From IMG/VR virus record IMGVR_UViG_3300009594_000001: a DNA stretch of 64,000 nt. The stretch is one strand, 5' to 3'. The notes under the pieces were generated by a model that worked only from the letters and a program-made list of their open reading frames with translations, was not told where the DNA came from and did not search any database. Positions within the stretch are counted from its first letter, which is position 1. Every line of letters begins with the position of its first letter. This DNA is from a virus. Lineage: Duplodnaviria > Heunggongvirae > Uroviricota > Caudoviricetes. The translations under genes and the position numbers were made by a program. Below, piece after piece: positions 1-10,356 of this stretch.

Positions 1-107
1 CACATCTAAAGAAAAAGAGCTACGGCTGGGAGATAGTTCCCAGGGTATCTAGTTGGTCCACTTTCAACGACATAGCTCGTACTATCGACGTACTTAGGCT
101 GCGAGGG

Positions 108-776
108 GTGGAGCCGAATTCCAATTGCGGCCTACATGTGCATGTAGATGCATCCGATCTTACGATCCCCAACGTCGCCGTATTCATGGCTTGGTGGTGC
201 AAGTCGGAGGCTGTTGTCTGCAATATGGTTCCTAGCCGTCGAATTCACAGCGACTATTGCAAACTCTATCAGCACTGTTTTGCTTTGCACGATTTCTACA
301 GTCTCGCCGAGTTTTGGGAGGAGATCAAACCAACCGATTATTCCGTCCACGATAATCCAGAGCGTCGATTTGCTGTCAATCTAGTCAATTTTTGTGCGTG
401 GAACGAAGCCGGGTGCATTTGCAGTAGGAAGTTGCCAACTCTGGAACTTAGATTGCCAGAAGGCACTATGTATTCCGATGACGTAAAAGGCTGGGTTCTG
501 CTGTTCCTACTGATGGTCGAACGCTTTCCAACCCTTTCTGTACCAGCTAACTTCTTTGTCCTTTCTCTAGAAGAATTCCTTTGGGCCTTGGGTTTGATAG
601 GAACCCCAGGTAGTTTCTATATTTTGGACGAAGACCTATTCTTCTTGAAGAAATGGATTTTTTCTAGACTAGGAACCTTTTCGAGAAACAACTTGTTGCG
701 TCAGCAAGCTAGATTTTTGTACAATTACGTCACAGAATTGCCTTCTAGAAGAGATTCTGGAAATGTAAATAATTAG
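108..776 (+). CDS. hypothetical protein (222 aa)
   Basis: Long ORF with no recognisable motif; TAG stop. Confidence 0.45.
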   Translation: MEPNSNCGLHVHVDASDLTIPNVAVFMAWWCKSEAVVCNMVPSRRIHSDYCKLYQHCFALHDFYSLAEFWEEIKPTDYSVHDNPERRFAVNLVNFCAWNEAGCICSRKLPTLELRLPEGTMYSDDVKGWVLLFLLMVERFPTLSVPANFFVLSLEEFLWALGLIGTPGSFYILDEDLFFLKKWIFSRLGTFSRNNLLRQQARFLYNYVTELPSRRDSGNVNN

Positions 777-866
777 TCCGATGCATCTCTGATTGAGAAT
801 GCTGAGGGCGTACTACATTAACCTGTAGAACTAACACAACTAATTTAACTGACTTGGAGAATTATC

Positions 867-1418
867 ATGACTCGTGAAGAACGTGATCTATTGATCGTAA
901 ACCACATGCCCCTTGCTAGAAAGTTGGCTTGGGGAAAATGCTCGAACACGCCGGACCACATATCATACGAAGAACTGGAATCGGCTGCTTATCTGGGATT
1001 GGTGGACGCTGCCAGTAAGTTTGATGAGGCGAGGGGTGTGTCATTTGGCCTGTATGCTCGTTTTAGGATAACCGGGGCGATCTGCGATTATCTGCGGGAG
1101 CTAGAATGGTGTAGCAACAATAGGGATGTTGTGGTATCATTTTTGGATGTCACTGTAGGTGATTATCCTCTGAGCTACTTTCTGGAGAGCCAGGAACCAA
1201 ATGAAACCTTCTGTGAGTTTCTTGAAGTGGTCACGAAAGACCTGGACGAGAACGGTAAGAAGATCGTGAGCATGTACTATTTGGATGAACTGTCGCTTAA
1301 AGAAATCGGGAAGGTCATAGGCGTCAGCGAGGGCAGGGTTTCCCAACTACTCAAGAAATACCGAGAACAGATCAGAGATAGATGGGATTATCTGGAGCTT
1401 GCTGCTATGGCTGCATAG
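867..1418 (+). CDS. sigma-70 family RNA polymerase sigma factor
   Basis: Region-2-like YLGLVDAASKFDEARGVSFGLYARFRITGAI and region-4 HTH LSLKEIGKVIGVSEGRVSQLLKKYREQI. Confidence 0.8.
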   Translation: MTREERDLLIVNHMPLARKLAWGKCSNTPDHISYEELESAAYLGLVDAASKFDEARGVSFGLYARFRITGAICDYLRELEWCSNNRDVVVSFLDVTVGDYPLSYFLESQEPNETFCEFLEVVTKDLDENGKKIVSMYYLDELSLKEIGKVIGVSEGRVSQLLKKYREQIRDRWDYLELAAMAA

Positions 1419-1425
1419 GTGTGAA

Positions 1426-2349
1426 ATGAAGAAAATCGCCATGCTTCTGTTAATTTTTCTGTTCTTCTTGTCGGCTTCTATATCGAGGGCCGACGATGAA
1501 GAGATAGAGAAATTGATTTCCCACTTGTCGCTACCGATGCCGACTGGGATGAAAGTTCCCAGCGACCCGGAATTGAAGAACTTGGTATGGCATAAGCTGT
1601 CTACTAAAAACTTCACTATTTTGAGTTTGGACCCAAAGCATGGCCAGTATCTTCAGCAAAACATCGAGAAAATGAAACAATGGGTGCTGGCCCGCTGGGG
1701 CCTCCCAGATATAGATTTCACAGCCGAATGTCGGGTGCTTTGTGTTCCTGATAAGAAGCTGATGAAAAAGCTCTTCAATCTAGAAACCTCAGTAGCCGAA
1801 GTAAGGAAGGATAAGGGCAAAATAACTTTGTCAGTCCTTTGGCTTGTTCTCGACGGTAATCCAGCGGAAACGGTGCCGACTCCGTTGAGCGTGGTTTGTC
1901 TCAACGAGTTTGGGCAAAAGTACAATTTTGAAATGCCTCTCTGGGCTGTTCGAGGCATGTCGTATCTTAATAGCACCTTGTTTCAGATCAAAACGCAATT
2001 GGCCGCTATAGACGAATACTATAAGGTCAATAGTCAGATGTATTTTTCCAAAGCTCTTTTCTCGATGACTGAGGAGGAGTGGAGAAAGGAGTCTGTCGAA
2101 AAGCGTTTGATGTTTGACCGTGAAGCTGTAGCCTTGTGTTTACTTTTGCGGAAAGAATTCGGGCAGCGTGCCTTTGTAGAGTTCCTTCAGGCTGGTCCAT
2201 CTATAGAATCCAACTTTAGCAAAACCTATGGTTTCAAGGGGTTCAGCGAATTTGACGCTACCCTGAATAGGTATATGAAACACCTTTCCGCTGATGTGAT
2301 TACTAATAAGACGCCCAATTCTTATCTGCAAATCCAGGCGGCAAAGTAG
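1426..2349 (+). CDS. secreted hypothetical protein
   Basis: Signal peptide MKKIAMLLLIFLFFLSASISRA. The ORF track starts at 1399; the ATG at 1426 is preferred. Confidence 0.55.
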   Translation: MKKIAMLLLIFLFFLSASISRADDEEIEKLISHLSLPMPTGMKVPSDPELKNLVWHKLSTKNFTILSLDPKHGQYLQQNIEKMKQWVLARWGLPDIDFTAECRVLCVPDKKLMKKLFNLETSVAEVRKDKGKITLSVLWLVLDGNPAETVPTPLSVVCLNEFGQKYNFEMPLWAVRGMSYLNSTLFQIKTQLAAIDEYYKVNSQMYFSKALFSMTEEEWRKESVEKRLMFDREAVALCLLLRKEFGQRAFVEFLQAGPSIESNFSKTYGFKGFSEFDATLNRYMKHLSADVITNKTPNSYLQIQAAK

Positions 2350-2370
2350 TACATATACAGGAGGGAGCTT

Positions 2371-2634
2371 ATGTTGTACATTCTATGGCTGACGCTGTTC
2401 GGCCTACTCATCGGTGCAATTGCCAAGGGTATTCACCCAGGTGACGACCCCGATGGGTTCCTGCCAACGGCAGGAATCGGCATTGGAGGCTCGTACATTG
2501 GTGGATTCATAAACTGGATGCTAGGCAATGGAGCCATACTCTCGATGTCTGGATTTATCATGTCCGTCGTCGGGGCTGTGATACTTCTCATTGTCTACAA
2601 AATGTGGAAAGCCAACAATGGGAAGCAGCAATAA
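2371..2634 (+). CDS. GlsB/YeaQ/YmgE-family small membrane protein
   Basis: Two TM segments and the Gly-rich motif GIGIGGSYIGGFINWMLG; RBS aggaggga upstream. Confidence 0.7.
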   Translation: MLYILWLTLFGLLIGAIAKGIHPGDDPDGFLPTAGIGIGGSYIGGFINWMLGNGAILSMSGFIMSVVGAVILLIVYKMWKANNGKQQ

Positions 2635-2875
2635 TACAATACCTGAGAAGACGGTAGAGGGTCTCCGCAAGCGTTACCCCAACATGCATCCCCTTGTTTT
2701 TCACCGTTCTATAGAGCGGGCGGAAACAGGAGGGGAATTGTTCGACATCTTAGAGACCGTCCCTGACGGCTACCCTTTGATATGGAACGATAATCAACGC
2801 CGCTGGGTAATTACCGAAGACTTACAACAGTCTTCTCGTTTCGCAAAGAAAGAACTCATAGGAGGTAAAAAATGA
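2591..2875 (+). CDS. hypothetical protein
   Basis: ORF overlapping the 3' end of 2371..2634 out of frame; the internal ATG at 2618 is an alternative start. Confidence 0.35.
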   Translation: MSTKCGKPTMGSSNNTIPEKTVEGLRKRYPNMHPLVFHRSIERAETGGELFDILETVPDGYPLIWNDNQRRWVITEDLQQSSRFAKKELIGGKK

Positions 2876-3672
2876 TCCGCTACATTATGCTGGCTGCATT
2901 GTTCGGTATTTTCGCCGCAACGACAGCCTCGGCACAGGACGTGTTTCTAGATGATTCATACGGCTGCCACAGGCTCGTTCGATCCTACTCGTGCCCGCCG
3001 CCAGTCTACTATTCTTGCCCACCACCGGTTTACTACTATCAGTCGCCTCCGGTGACTTATTCGGAGCCGGTTGTGAAGTACGATATATACAACAACGACT
3101 ATGTTTCGAGCAAGTTTTACGTAAAGGCTCGATTCACGGACTACAACTACAAGTGTGAGATTCCGGTCATTAACGGTTACTTGCCCAGCGTGCAGGTCTC
3201 GACGGATAGTTATGGCCGGGTAGTCAGACTCACCTTGGATTACAGGACGAAAGAGTTCCTGTATCAGAACTATAGCGGCAAGAGCGAGATTGTTTATAGC
3301 AAGCACAACAGCACTTCCGGTTTACCGAAGAGACCTGCACCGAAGGTAACAGAGTCGGTTACTTCAGGCACCGATTCATTGAAGAAGCCGATGCCGAAGG
3401 TAGAAGATAAAGGCTCGCTTGTTGAGGAGAAGAGACCCGCTCCCAAGTTGTTTAACGACAAGGGCATTACGCCTCCCCCAGCGAAATCCGCAGTGAAAGA
3501 TGCCAGGATCGAGGAGCTTCTGAAGGATTTGCGTGGTAATGGCGAATTCAAGGGTTCCGGCTCTGTTGCACCGAAGGTTGACGCACTGCCGAGTGGTGTT
3601 ATGCGACCTTCTGACATAACTCAACCAGAGGTCGATAAGACCAAAAAGTTCCCAAGATACGACGACAAGTGA
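2872..3672 (+). CDS. secreted proline-rich repeat protein
   Basis: Signal peptide MIRYIMLAALFGIFAATTASA. Repeats SCPPPVYY x2 and KRPAPK/KKPMPK x3. Confidence 0.55.
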   Translation: MIRYIMLAALFGIFAATTASAQDVFLDDSYGCHRLVRSYSCPPPVYYSCPPPVYYYQSPPVTYSEPVVKYDIYNNDYVSSKFYVKARFTDYNYKCEIPVINGYLPSVQVSTDSYGRVVRLTLDYRTKEFLYQNYSGKSEIVYSKHNSTSGLPKRPAPKVTESVTSGTDSLKKPMPKVEDKGSLVEEKRPAPKLFNDKGITPPPAKSAVKDARIEELLKDLRGNGEFKGSGSVAPKVDALPSGVMRPSDITQPEVDKTKKFPRYDDK

Positions 3673-4277
3673 TGCATCTGTACGAAGAGTATCTGGCTAG
3701 ACATTCGATAACCCTGCCTGTCGTGAAGCATACGGGGCAGGGTTATCTCTTTTTCAAGGAGAGTGATGACGACTCCTGGCGAATTGCGTCTATACTTTTG
3801 ACAGATCAAAAGCAGGGGCCTAACAACTATTCCATCAAGGTGTTCAAGCCCGTCAGAATGGCGGATGCCTACTTTGGCTTGAATCCGGTATACGAAGAGG
3901 ATGATATTGAATGGGATGATTACGAGGACTTTATTCTAGATTGGTGCCGAGTTCTATCTAATTTCAAGATAGCCCTCACCGAGAGTGACATATTCTTCGC
4001 CGCCTGGGAGATGTTCATTGTTGCTAACGACGAGTGGTTCTCTCGTAACTTCCCATCGGACGTTTTGTATAGCACATTGGACGAAGATTTATCAAGGGTA
4101 GAGAGGTTGCACAACATCCGTGAGTGTGCCTGTTCGATCTCGCTCAAATCGCCGACCCGTTACCGGACTTGGAGAGATGAGGTATTGAACTTGGTAGATA
4201 ACTATGCATATTGGTTGTGCGATATCATTAAAAATGATCGTGTACAGATACAGGTATCGGAAACATCGCAACTATAG
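3669..4277 (+). CDS. hypothetical protein (202 aa)
   Basis: ORF; start overlaps the preceding stop (ATGA). Confidence 0.5.
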   Translation: MMHLYEEYLARHSITLPVVKHTGQGYLFFKESDDDSWRIASILLTDQKQGPNNYSIKVFKPVRMADAYFGLNPVYEEDDIEWDDYEDFILDWCRVLSNFKIALTESDIFFAAWEMFIVANDEWFSRNFPSDVLYSTLDEDLSRVERLHNIRECACSISLKSPTRYRTWRDEVLNLVDNYAYWLCDIIKNDRVQIQVSETSQL

Positions 4278-4448
4278 AGACGAGGCAATAGATTACCAGA
4301 ATTGGCTGCGTTCCAGAAGTCATCTAAATGAGAACAGAGATACAACCCCTAGTCTGAAAGAAGTGAAGATAGTTCAAAAGGAACGTGGTTCTATAGACTT
4401 GGGTTGTCGTGTTTGTTATTGTGATTTGAAGGAGGCCGAGAAACGATC

Positions 4449-5057
4449 ATGGTCAAAGTAGAATTTGCTCCAACCAAGAACTTCAACCTAGATGAGCAAC
4501 CCCCGCAGGTTGGTAGTTTTGCCATAGATGAGCCGACTATCAATTGGTACAAATGCAGGGAGCAGTTCGCAAACAGATTCGGGAAAGACTGCGAAGGTAT
4601 GTTTTTTTCCCATGAGCGAGGGCATGAGCATAGTGAACGAGTGGCTTGGTTCATGGCAATTGTGGAGGAGATACTAGACCTGAAAGAAAGGTCTGAGTAC
4701 GCCAAGTGTACTAAGAACTTCGCCATGTGGCTCCGTCCCTCCTCGTTTTGGTTAGATTGCGAAATGAAGAGATCGTTGTTTACGATCTTGTTGCGATCCG
4801 GTCTGGAATTTGATATAAAGAAGAACAACTTCGAGTCGGCGTTGTTCTCAGTGAATTATTCTAGCGAAACCAAACTAGCGGTCATGAGGTTTCTATTTGG
4901 CTTCACCAAGTATGCCCCCGATCCCACCATTGGCTGTGTAAAAGGCTGGTGGAGTGCCTTCAAAGATAAGACGGAAGATCAAGTCAAAAAACAACTAGTT
5001 TGGCCTGAAGACCGACATGAGAAGTACGTGGTTGGTGTCGGCTCGCTTTGGGCGTAG
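4449..5057 (+). CDS. hypothetical protein (202 aa)
   Basis: ORF. Confidence 0.5.
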   Translation: MVKVEFAPTKNFNLDEQPPQVGSFAIDEPTINWYKCREQFANRFGKDCEGMFFSHERGHEHSERVAWFMAIVEEILDLKERSEYAKCTKNFAMWLRPSSFWLDCEMKRSLFTILLRSGLEFDIKKNNFESALFSVNYSSETKLAVMRFLFGFTKYAPDPTIGCVKGWWSAFKDKTEDQVKKQLVWPEDRHEKYVVGVGSLWA

Positions 5058-5368
5058 GAGATGTCATGATTCTGAATGAAAGTAATTTTGATAAGGAGGT
5101 TTTAACCTCCACCGAACCATACTTGGTGGACTTTTGGGCTGCATGGTGCGGCCCCTGTCAGGCCCTCGCCAAAACGATAGACAAGCTCGCCGAGAAATAC
5201 AAGGTTGGCAAGGTCAACATTGACGAGGATGCCGAACTAGCAGAGAGATTTGGCATTTCCGCTATCCCGACCGTGATTATCTTCAAGGGCGGTAAGCGTG
5301 TAAAAACTATAGTCGGCCTTCAGTCTGAAGACCAACTTAGCAGGGTCATGGAATCTTTGAAAGGCTAG
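5048..5368 (+). CDS. trx: thioredoxin
   Basis: WCGPC active site (FWAAWCGPCQ); thioredoxin length and fold pattern. Confidence 0.85.
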   Translation: MGVGDVMILNESNFDKEVLTSTEPYLVDFWAAWCGPCQALAKTIDKLAEKYKVGKVNIDEDAELAERFGISAIPTVIIFKGGKRVKTIVGLQSEDQLSRVMESLKG

Positions 5369-5374
5369 CTCAAC

Positions 5375-6078
5375 ATGGCTAGCGACTCAGCAGTGGAGCG
5401 GTCTACATCCGATCCTGTTGCTTGTCTTTGGAACAACTATGAATTAACCATCAACATGCTAGAGTTCGCACGGAAGGTAAAGCCGTCGATTTTCTATCAA
5501 GTCTCAACCGATGAAGTCTACGGGGAGGCTCTCCCCGGCCAACCCAGCAATCCTTATGTGGCAAGTAAGGCCGTTCAAGAAGCTGTTGCTATATCTTACT
5601 GGCGTAGCTTTGACGTGCCTGTGGTTTTGACAAATACCATGAACAATGTCGGAGAAATGCAAGACTCAGAGAAGTTCTTGCCTAAGAAGAAGAGATGCCG
5701 ATCTATGGCGACAATGAGCAGAGTATCGGCACTAGGTATTATCTACATGCAAAGAACCACGCAGATGCCTTTGTGTTCCTCTCTAAAGTTCTTGTAGCAA
5801 AGTATTCCGAGGGAGCAAAACGACCAGATCGCTACAATGTGTGTGGCGATGTGGAGCTTAACAATCTAGAAATGGCTAGGTTGGTAGCCGAGATAATGAA
5901 AAAGCCCCTGCACTATCGTTTGATTCTATCTGAGTCGGCCAGAAAGGGCTACGATAAGCGATATGCACTAGACGGAGAGAAGATGAGGAAAATGGGGTGG
6001 ACGCCGCCCATTCCGTTCAGGGATAGTATCGAGCAGATCGTCAAGTGGACTTTAGCCAATCCTCACTGGCTGGTTTGA
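5375..6078 (+). pseudogene. dTDP-glucose 4,6-dehydratase / NAD-dependent epimerase remnant
   Basis: SDR motifs NxxxTxNLLEFARK, STDEVYG and PYVASKA are present. The N-terminal Rossmann segment (~100 aa) is missing. A frameshift near 5700 splits it into ORFs 5375..5797 and 5695..6078 (IYGDNEQ...DAFVF). Confidence 0.65.
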
Positions 6079-6117
6079 CACACCTGCCAACTTGCAGTAC
6101 AATGGCGGCAGTTAAAA

Positions 6118-6543
6118 ATGAAGAAAGATGAAAGAGGAAAGGAGATGAAACATTGGTTTTTTAGCGACCCCCATTTCGGCCACGGCAACGGACGCATCTC
6201 TTTGTTGATGCCCTACTCGGTTGTCCAGAAAATCCGCTCTCAATACGGCAGGGATGGCAAGGTCATCCACAGGAAGGAACTGTGCAATGCAGAGGATATT
6301 CTCATCCAAATGCACCACGTTCGCAAACTTGCCGATCTGAGAAAACCGGGGCGAGGACCGAAGGAAGAGTGGCAGAAGATCATGGCGGCTCGTAAGCGAA
6401 AGATGCTGGCTGTGAGAAGTGCCATGTCAAAATCCACACCGGGAGATACGACGGACCTTCCTTGCATGGTCCACTGGAGAGCCGGGGGCAGTGAAAATTG
6501 CACGCCCGGTTCGGAGAGGGTAGCTGGAAAAGGTTCGTTGTAA
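6118..6543 (+). other. metallophosphoesterase N-terminal fragment (motif I DPHFGH) in a different frame from the rest of the domain
   Basis: FSDPHFGHGNG matches the calcineurin-like phosphoesterase motif I; the downstream ORF carries motifs II and III in another frame. Confidence 0.4.
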
Positions 6544-7034
6544 CACGGAACCTCGCTGGCTACCTACTCTACTGTCGTCGCACGAAGTACATGACGCCGA
6601 ATGAGATTCGGCTTCTAGATGAGGGTGCGAATTTCCATGTCAGTCGTGAGAGCGTCTGGCGTATGAATGATGCCATTATTGGTAACATCAACGCTTTGGT
6701 CCAGCCTGACGACGTTTTCTGGTGCTTGGGGGATTTCTGTTTTGTAGGAGGCAAGGATTACTACAGAGAGTCAGCCATCTATCGCAGTCGGATCAAATGT
6801 GCAACGATGCACATGGTCTGGGGAAACCACGATACGTCCAGCAAGATCGCCTCGTTGTTCAATACCAGTCATAAGATGGAAATGATTGCCATCAACCCGG
6901 AGAGCGGTCGTTACTACATCGATGAGGAGGTAATCAGGCCGTTCGGACTAGACGAGATCATTAAGATCATGCAGGCCAGACCGGGCTTCTGGATGGACTA
7001 CCACGGCAAACGAGGAAATCGTGACGAAGAGTGA
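6498..7034 (+). CDS. metallophosphoesterase domain protein (possibly disrupted)
   Basis: GDFCFVGG (GDxxDRG-like) and GNHD motifs. Motif I lies in the upstream ORF in another frame. Confidence 0.55.
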   Translation: MHARFGEGSWKRFVVTRNLAGYLLYCRRTKYMTPNEIRLLDEGANFHVSRESVWRMNDAIIGNINALVQPDDVFWCLGDFCFVGGKDYYRESAIYRSRIKCATMHMVWGNHDTSSKIASLFNTSHKMEMIAINPESGRYYIDEEVIRPFGLDEIIKIMQARPGFWMDYHGKRGNRDEE

Positions 7035-7068
7035 TTTACAACGTCACTGTTAGCACTAGAATGTCGCT

Positions 7069-7287
7069 ATGAGCAAAGAAGATACCGCTGAAATGGAAGG
7101 AACCGTAACAGAAGCGGTTCGTGGTGGGTTCAGAGTCCGTTTAGATGGTTCCGACCACACCATCAACGCTACCATCAGCGGGAGAATTCGCAAAAACCAC
7201 ATCACCATTGTGGTTGGTGATCAAGTGCGAGTCGAAGTCTCGCCTTACGATCTCACCAGGGGCAGAATAACTTTTCGATTGAAGTAG
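7069..7287 (+). CDS. infA: translation initiation factor IF-1
   Basis: 72 aa with an S1-like fold sequence: [62 protein letters not shown]. Confidence 0.85.
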   Translation: MSKEDTAEMEGTVTEAVRGGFRVRLDGSDHTINATISGRIRKNHITIVVGDQVRVEVSPYDLTRGRITFRLK

Positions 7288-7296
7288 GAGGGTCCG

Positions 7297-9513
7297 ATGA
7301 GCCAGACCATCAACCCGTATCTTCAAACCTCGGTTGTCGATCTGGAACGTTGGATCGTTGCACTGGACACCGCTTACGAGGTTGGTGACGATTGCCTTCA
7401 TCCCGACACTGGCGAAATCGTCAGTGACGCCGACTACGACGCTATGCGTCGTGCGTTGGAGCAACTCAATCCCAAGTCTGACATCTTCAAGGACGGGTCT
7501 GCCTCCGCTCACGTTTCCGATGGCACGATCAAGAAGGTCAAGCACTCGCCGCCGATGACATCCATCGAGAAGGCGAGCCATGAAGACCTCGCCACGAAGG
7601 AGAGGATGCTTTTCAAGTTTCTGGATTTCTGTGTCCAGAACGGCCCCGTCTCCGTCAAGAAACTCCCCGTCTATGATCTTGCAGAGAAGGACGTTCCGCT
7701 GGTCGATCTCAAGACCGGCAAGAAAACCGACAAGACACGCCATTATACCGAGCGGAAGTTCGGCGGGAAGGTATTCACCTATCCTCGTGGCTACTTTTAC
7801 ATGACGTACAAACTAGACGGTGTGGCTTGTGCTCTCTACTACGAGAAGGGCAAGCTCATCCGTGCTGGCCTGCGTCCTCGTGATGGCATCAACGGCGAAG
7901 ACATTACCGAACAGGTGAAGTACATCGCTGGTATCCCGACCACACTCAAGGAACCAGTGACTTGTTCCATCCGTGGCGAGATCATCTGTAAGAATAGCGA
8001 CTTCGCCAAGGTTCAGGCCGAACTACGAGCGGCGGGTGAACAACTCCGGGCCAATCCCCGCAACCACGCTGCGGGCGGCATTCGCCAATTCAAAGACCCC
8101 AGCAAGGTTAAGGCGATGCGTCTCAGCTTCATCGGTCACAGTGTCGAGGGGTTGGCGTCCTCTACCGCTCAGTACAAAACAGAGATTGAGCGGGCGAAGT
8201 ACATTCGCACCAAGTTGGGCGTTGAATTCATTCGTTGCTCTGATTTCAACTTCTACATGCTCGACACTCTCGAAGAATTCGTCGGCGAATTGGACTACGA
8301 AGTAGACGGCTGTGTGATCGGCGTGAATGATCTCGAAGACCAAGAGCAACTCGGTCGGCATGGTAACAAGGACACCGGCAACCCCAAGGGTAAGATTGCC
8401 TGGAAGTTCAAGGAAGAGGAAGCCCAGGCCGTTATCAAGTCTATCGAATGGCAAACGGGTCGCACTGGCAAGATCGTGCCCGTCGCCAACTTCGATGCCG
8501 TTCGTCTGGCTGGCACGAACGTGAGCAGGGCCACGCTGCACAACTACGGCTTCATGCTCCGAAATAAGATTGACGTTGGCACGACTGTCATTGTTCTCAA
8601 GGCCGGGAAGATCATTCCGAAGGTCGTCCGTGTCATCAGCGGCCAGTGCAAGGGCGAACCAAACTATCCGAAGGTCTGCCCGTCCACTGGTGCCCCGACC
8701 GAAGTTCGCAAGGGCGGTGTGAAGGACGGTGAGGAGATGTGGGAACTATACTCCACGTCTACCACCGGCAACGTCGTCGCCAATCTCGAACACTTTCTCG
8801 CCACGCTGGGCATCCTGGGCTTGGGCGAGAGCAAGATTCAGCAGCTTGTAGATGGCGGTAAGGTCAAGACCTGGGCCGACTTCTTTCGGCTGACCGTGGC
8901 CGATGCCGAGGCATGCGGCATGAGTAAGCGTCAGGCATTGCTCGCCGTTGCCGCTCTCCATCTGGTGCCCTCGCCGGACAAGACGAAGGACGACGCCAAA
9001 CTGGAAGAGAAGATCGAGAATGCCCGCAAGGAACTCAAGTCGTTCCCGCTCTCCAAGGTGTTCGCTGCTCTGGGTGTCAAGAGTGCGGGTAAGTCGGCTG
9101 GCAAGGCTCTGGTCGAGCATTTCAAGGGGCCTGATCCGCTGAACGCCATGCTCAGTGCGACGGTCGAGGAATTGGAAGTGGTCGAGGAGATCGGCACACA
9201 GACTGCCCAGGTAATTCATGACTTCTTCGAGAAGAAGAAGGACGACATCAACGATCTGGCGAAGTATATCGTCCTAGAGCTTCCCAAGACCGGAAAGCTG
9301 ACCGGCAAGGTGTTCTGCTTCAGCGGCGGTTTCGCTGAGGGCAAGCGGCATTGGGAAGAACAAGTCGAGAACCTGGGTGGTAAATGCTCTGGTAGCGTCG
9401 GCAGCAAGATGAATTACTTGGTTGCTGGCGATGGGTCCGGCAGCAAGAGTGAGAAGGCCAAGGAACTCGGCATCCCGATCATCGACATCGATGAACTCAA
9501 GAAGATGTTGTGA
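7297..9513 (+). CDS. ligA: NAD-dependent DNA ligase
   Basis: Adenylation motif KLDGVACALYYEKGKL, OB and HhH regions, and a C-terminal BRCT (GKVFCFSGGFAEGKRHWEEQVENLGGK). 738 aa. Confidence 0.9.
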   Translation: MSQTINPYLQTSVVDLERWIVALDTAYEVGDDCLHPDTGEIVSDADYDAMRRALEQLNPKSDIFKDGSASAHVSDGTIKKVKHSPPMTSIEKASHEDLATKERMLFKFLDFCVQNGPVSVKKLPVYDLAEKDVPLVDLKTGKKTDKTRHYTERKFGGKVFTYPRGYFYMTYKLDGVACALYYEKGKLIRAGLRPRDGINGEDITEQVKYIAGIPTTLKEPVTCSIRGEIICKNSDFAKVQAELRAAGEQLRANPRNHAAGGIRQFKDPSKVKAMRLSFIGHSVEGLASSTAQYKTEIERAKYIRTKLGVEFIRCSDFNFYMLDTLEEFVGELDYEVDGCVIGVNDLEDQEQLGRHGNKDTGNPKGKIAWKFKEEEAQAVIKSIEWQTGRTGKIVPVANFDAVRLAGTNVSRATLHNYGFMLRNKIDVGTTVIVLKAGKIIPKVVRVISGQCKGEPNYPKVCPSTGAPTEVRKGGVKDGEEMWELYSTSTTGNVVANLEHFLATLGILGLGESKIQQLVDGGKVKTWADFFRLTVADAEACGMSKRQALLAVAALHLVPSPDKTKDDAKLEEKIENARKELKSFPLSKVFAALGVKSAGKSAGKALVEHFKGPDPLNAMLSATVEELEVVEEIGTQTAQVIHDFFEKKKDDINDLAKYIVLELPKTGKLTGKVFCFSGGFAEGKRHWEEQVENLGGKCSGSVGSKMNYLVAGDGSGSKSEKAKELGIPIIDIDELKKML

Positions 9514-9777
9514 GGACTAGATGACTCCGGTAGAAAAACTAGCTTCAATGGCCGACGATATGGGCCTGCGAGATATCTCCAATGTAGTTCGGGATTGCTC
9601 TAAGAAATCCTGAACCCCGACGTGGTTGCCTTGTCCTTATACTGTGCAGAGGATTTGTGCCGGTATTGGGGCATTCCAGAACAGATGTTCGAGGAGGTAA
9701 AAGGGGCGATTCTGCAATTTCACGCCAGGAAACGGAATCCGTTGTCATGTTTATTCTAGATCGGCCATAGATACTGC

Positions 9778-10248
9778 ATGGTTGACATGCAGTTCAAGAA
9801 ATGGCTTTTCCTGAATGAAATGGCGTCGTTTTCCGCACAGGGAAAGAAGTTCGCACTTCCAGCTTGCAATTTTCCGAAGGAGGATAGCTGCGAGAAGTGT
9901 ATCGTCGGTGCCTTGGACATGCGGTTCGAGGACTACATGCCTCAACTGAACCAGGGTTCCAAGTTCCACGCCGACATCCCTGAGAGTGATCTGGTTCTTG
10001 TATATCATGGCTGGAGCGAGAGTGAAGTTCTGCCAAAACAAGAATTTCAAAGGAAACAATTGCAGGGGTATACGCCACTTCCCAATGATTGGTGGAAGCA
10101 TGCTCAGGTTTTAGACCCAGACTTCGATGTATGTAAACAGGCTCTAGCCGATGAAACCGGAGAACGGCAGAGGAAACTAGCTGGCGTGCCTACTACTCAA
10201 CAAAAACCTCTTGAAATCCCGAACCAATCCAAAGCCACGGTGTCTTAG
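9778..10248 (+). CDS. hypothetical protein (156 aa)
   Basis: ORF. Confidence 0.4.
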   Translation: MVDMQFKKWLFLNEMASFSAQGKKFALPACNFPKEDSCEKCIVGALDMRFEDYMPQLNQGSKFHADIPESDLVLVYHGWSESEVLPKQEFQRKQLQGYTPLPNDWWKHAQVLDPDFDVCKQALADETGERQRKLAGVPTTQQKPLEIPNQSKATVS

Positions 10249-10291
10249 GTCTAGTCTGGTGGAAAAATCTGTAGAAAAGTTCGTATAGGGG

Positions 10292-10320
10292 TTGATTTTT
10301 TCACCGAACTACACTAATAT
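10292..10320 (+). promoter_or_regulatory. sigma-70-like promoter TTGATT-17-TAATAT
   Basis: Near-consensus -35/-10 with 17-nt spacer upstream of the Ro60-like gene; strong RBS aaagaaggat follows. Confidence 0.55.
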
Positions 10321-10356
10321 ACCTTCCTAACACATCCTAGAAAAAGAAGGATCGCC

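Noticed and set aside
2990-3060. Short tandem DNA repeat (tcttgcccaccaccggtttactac-like) that could be mistaken for a repeat array
   Set aside because: It is only two copies and encodes the SCPPPVYY peptide repeat of a secreted protein, not a CRISPR or intergenic repeat.
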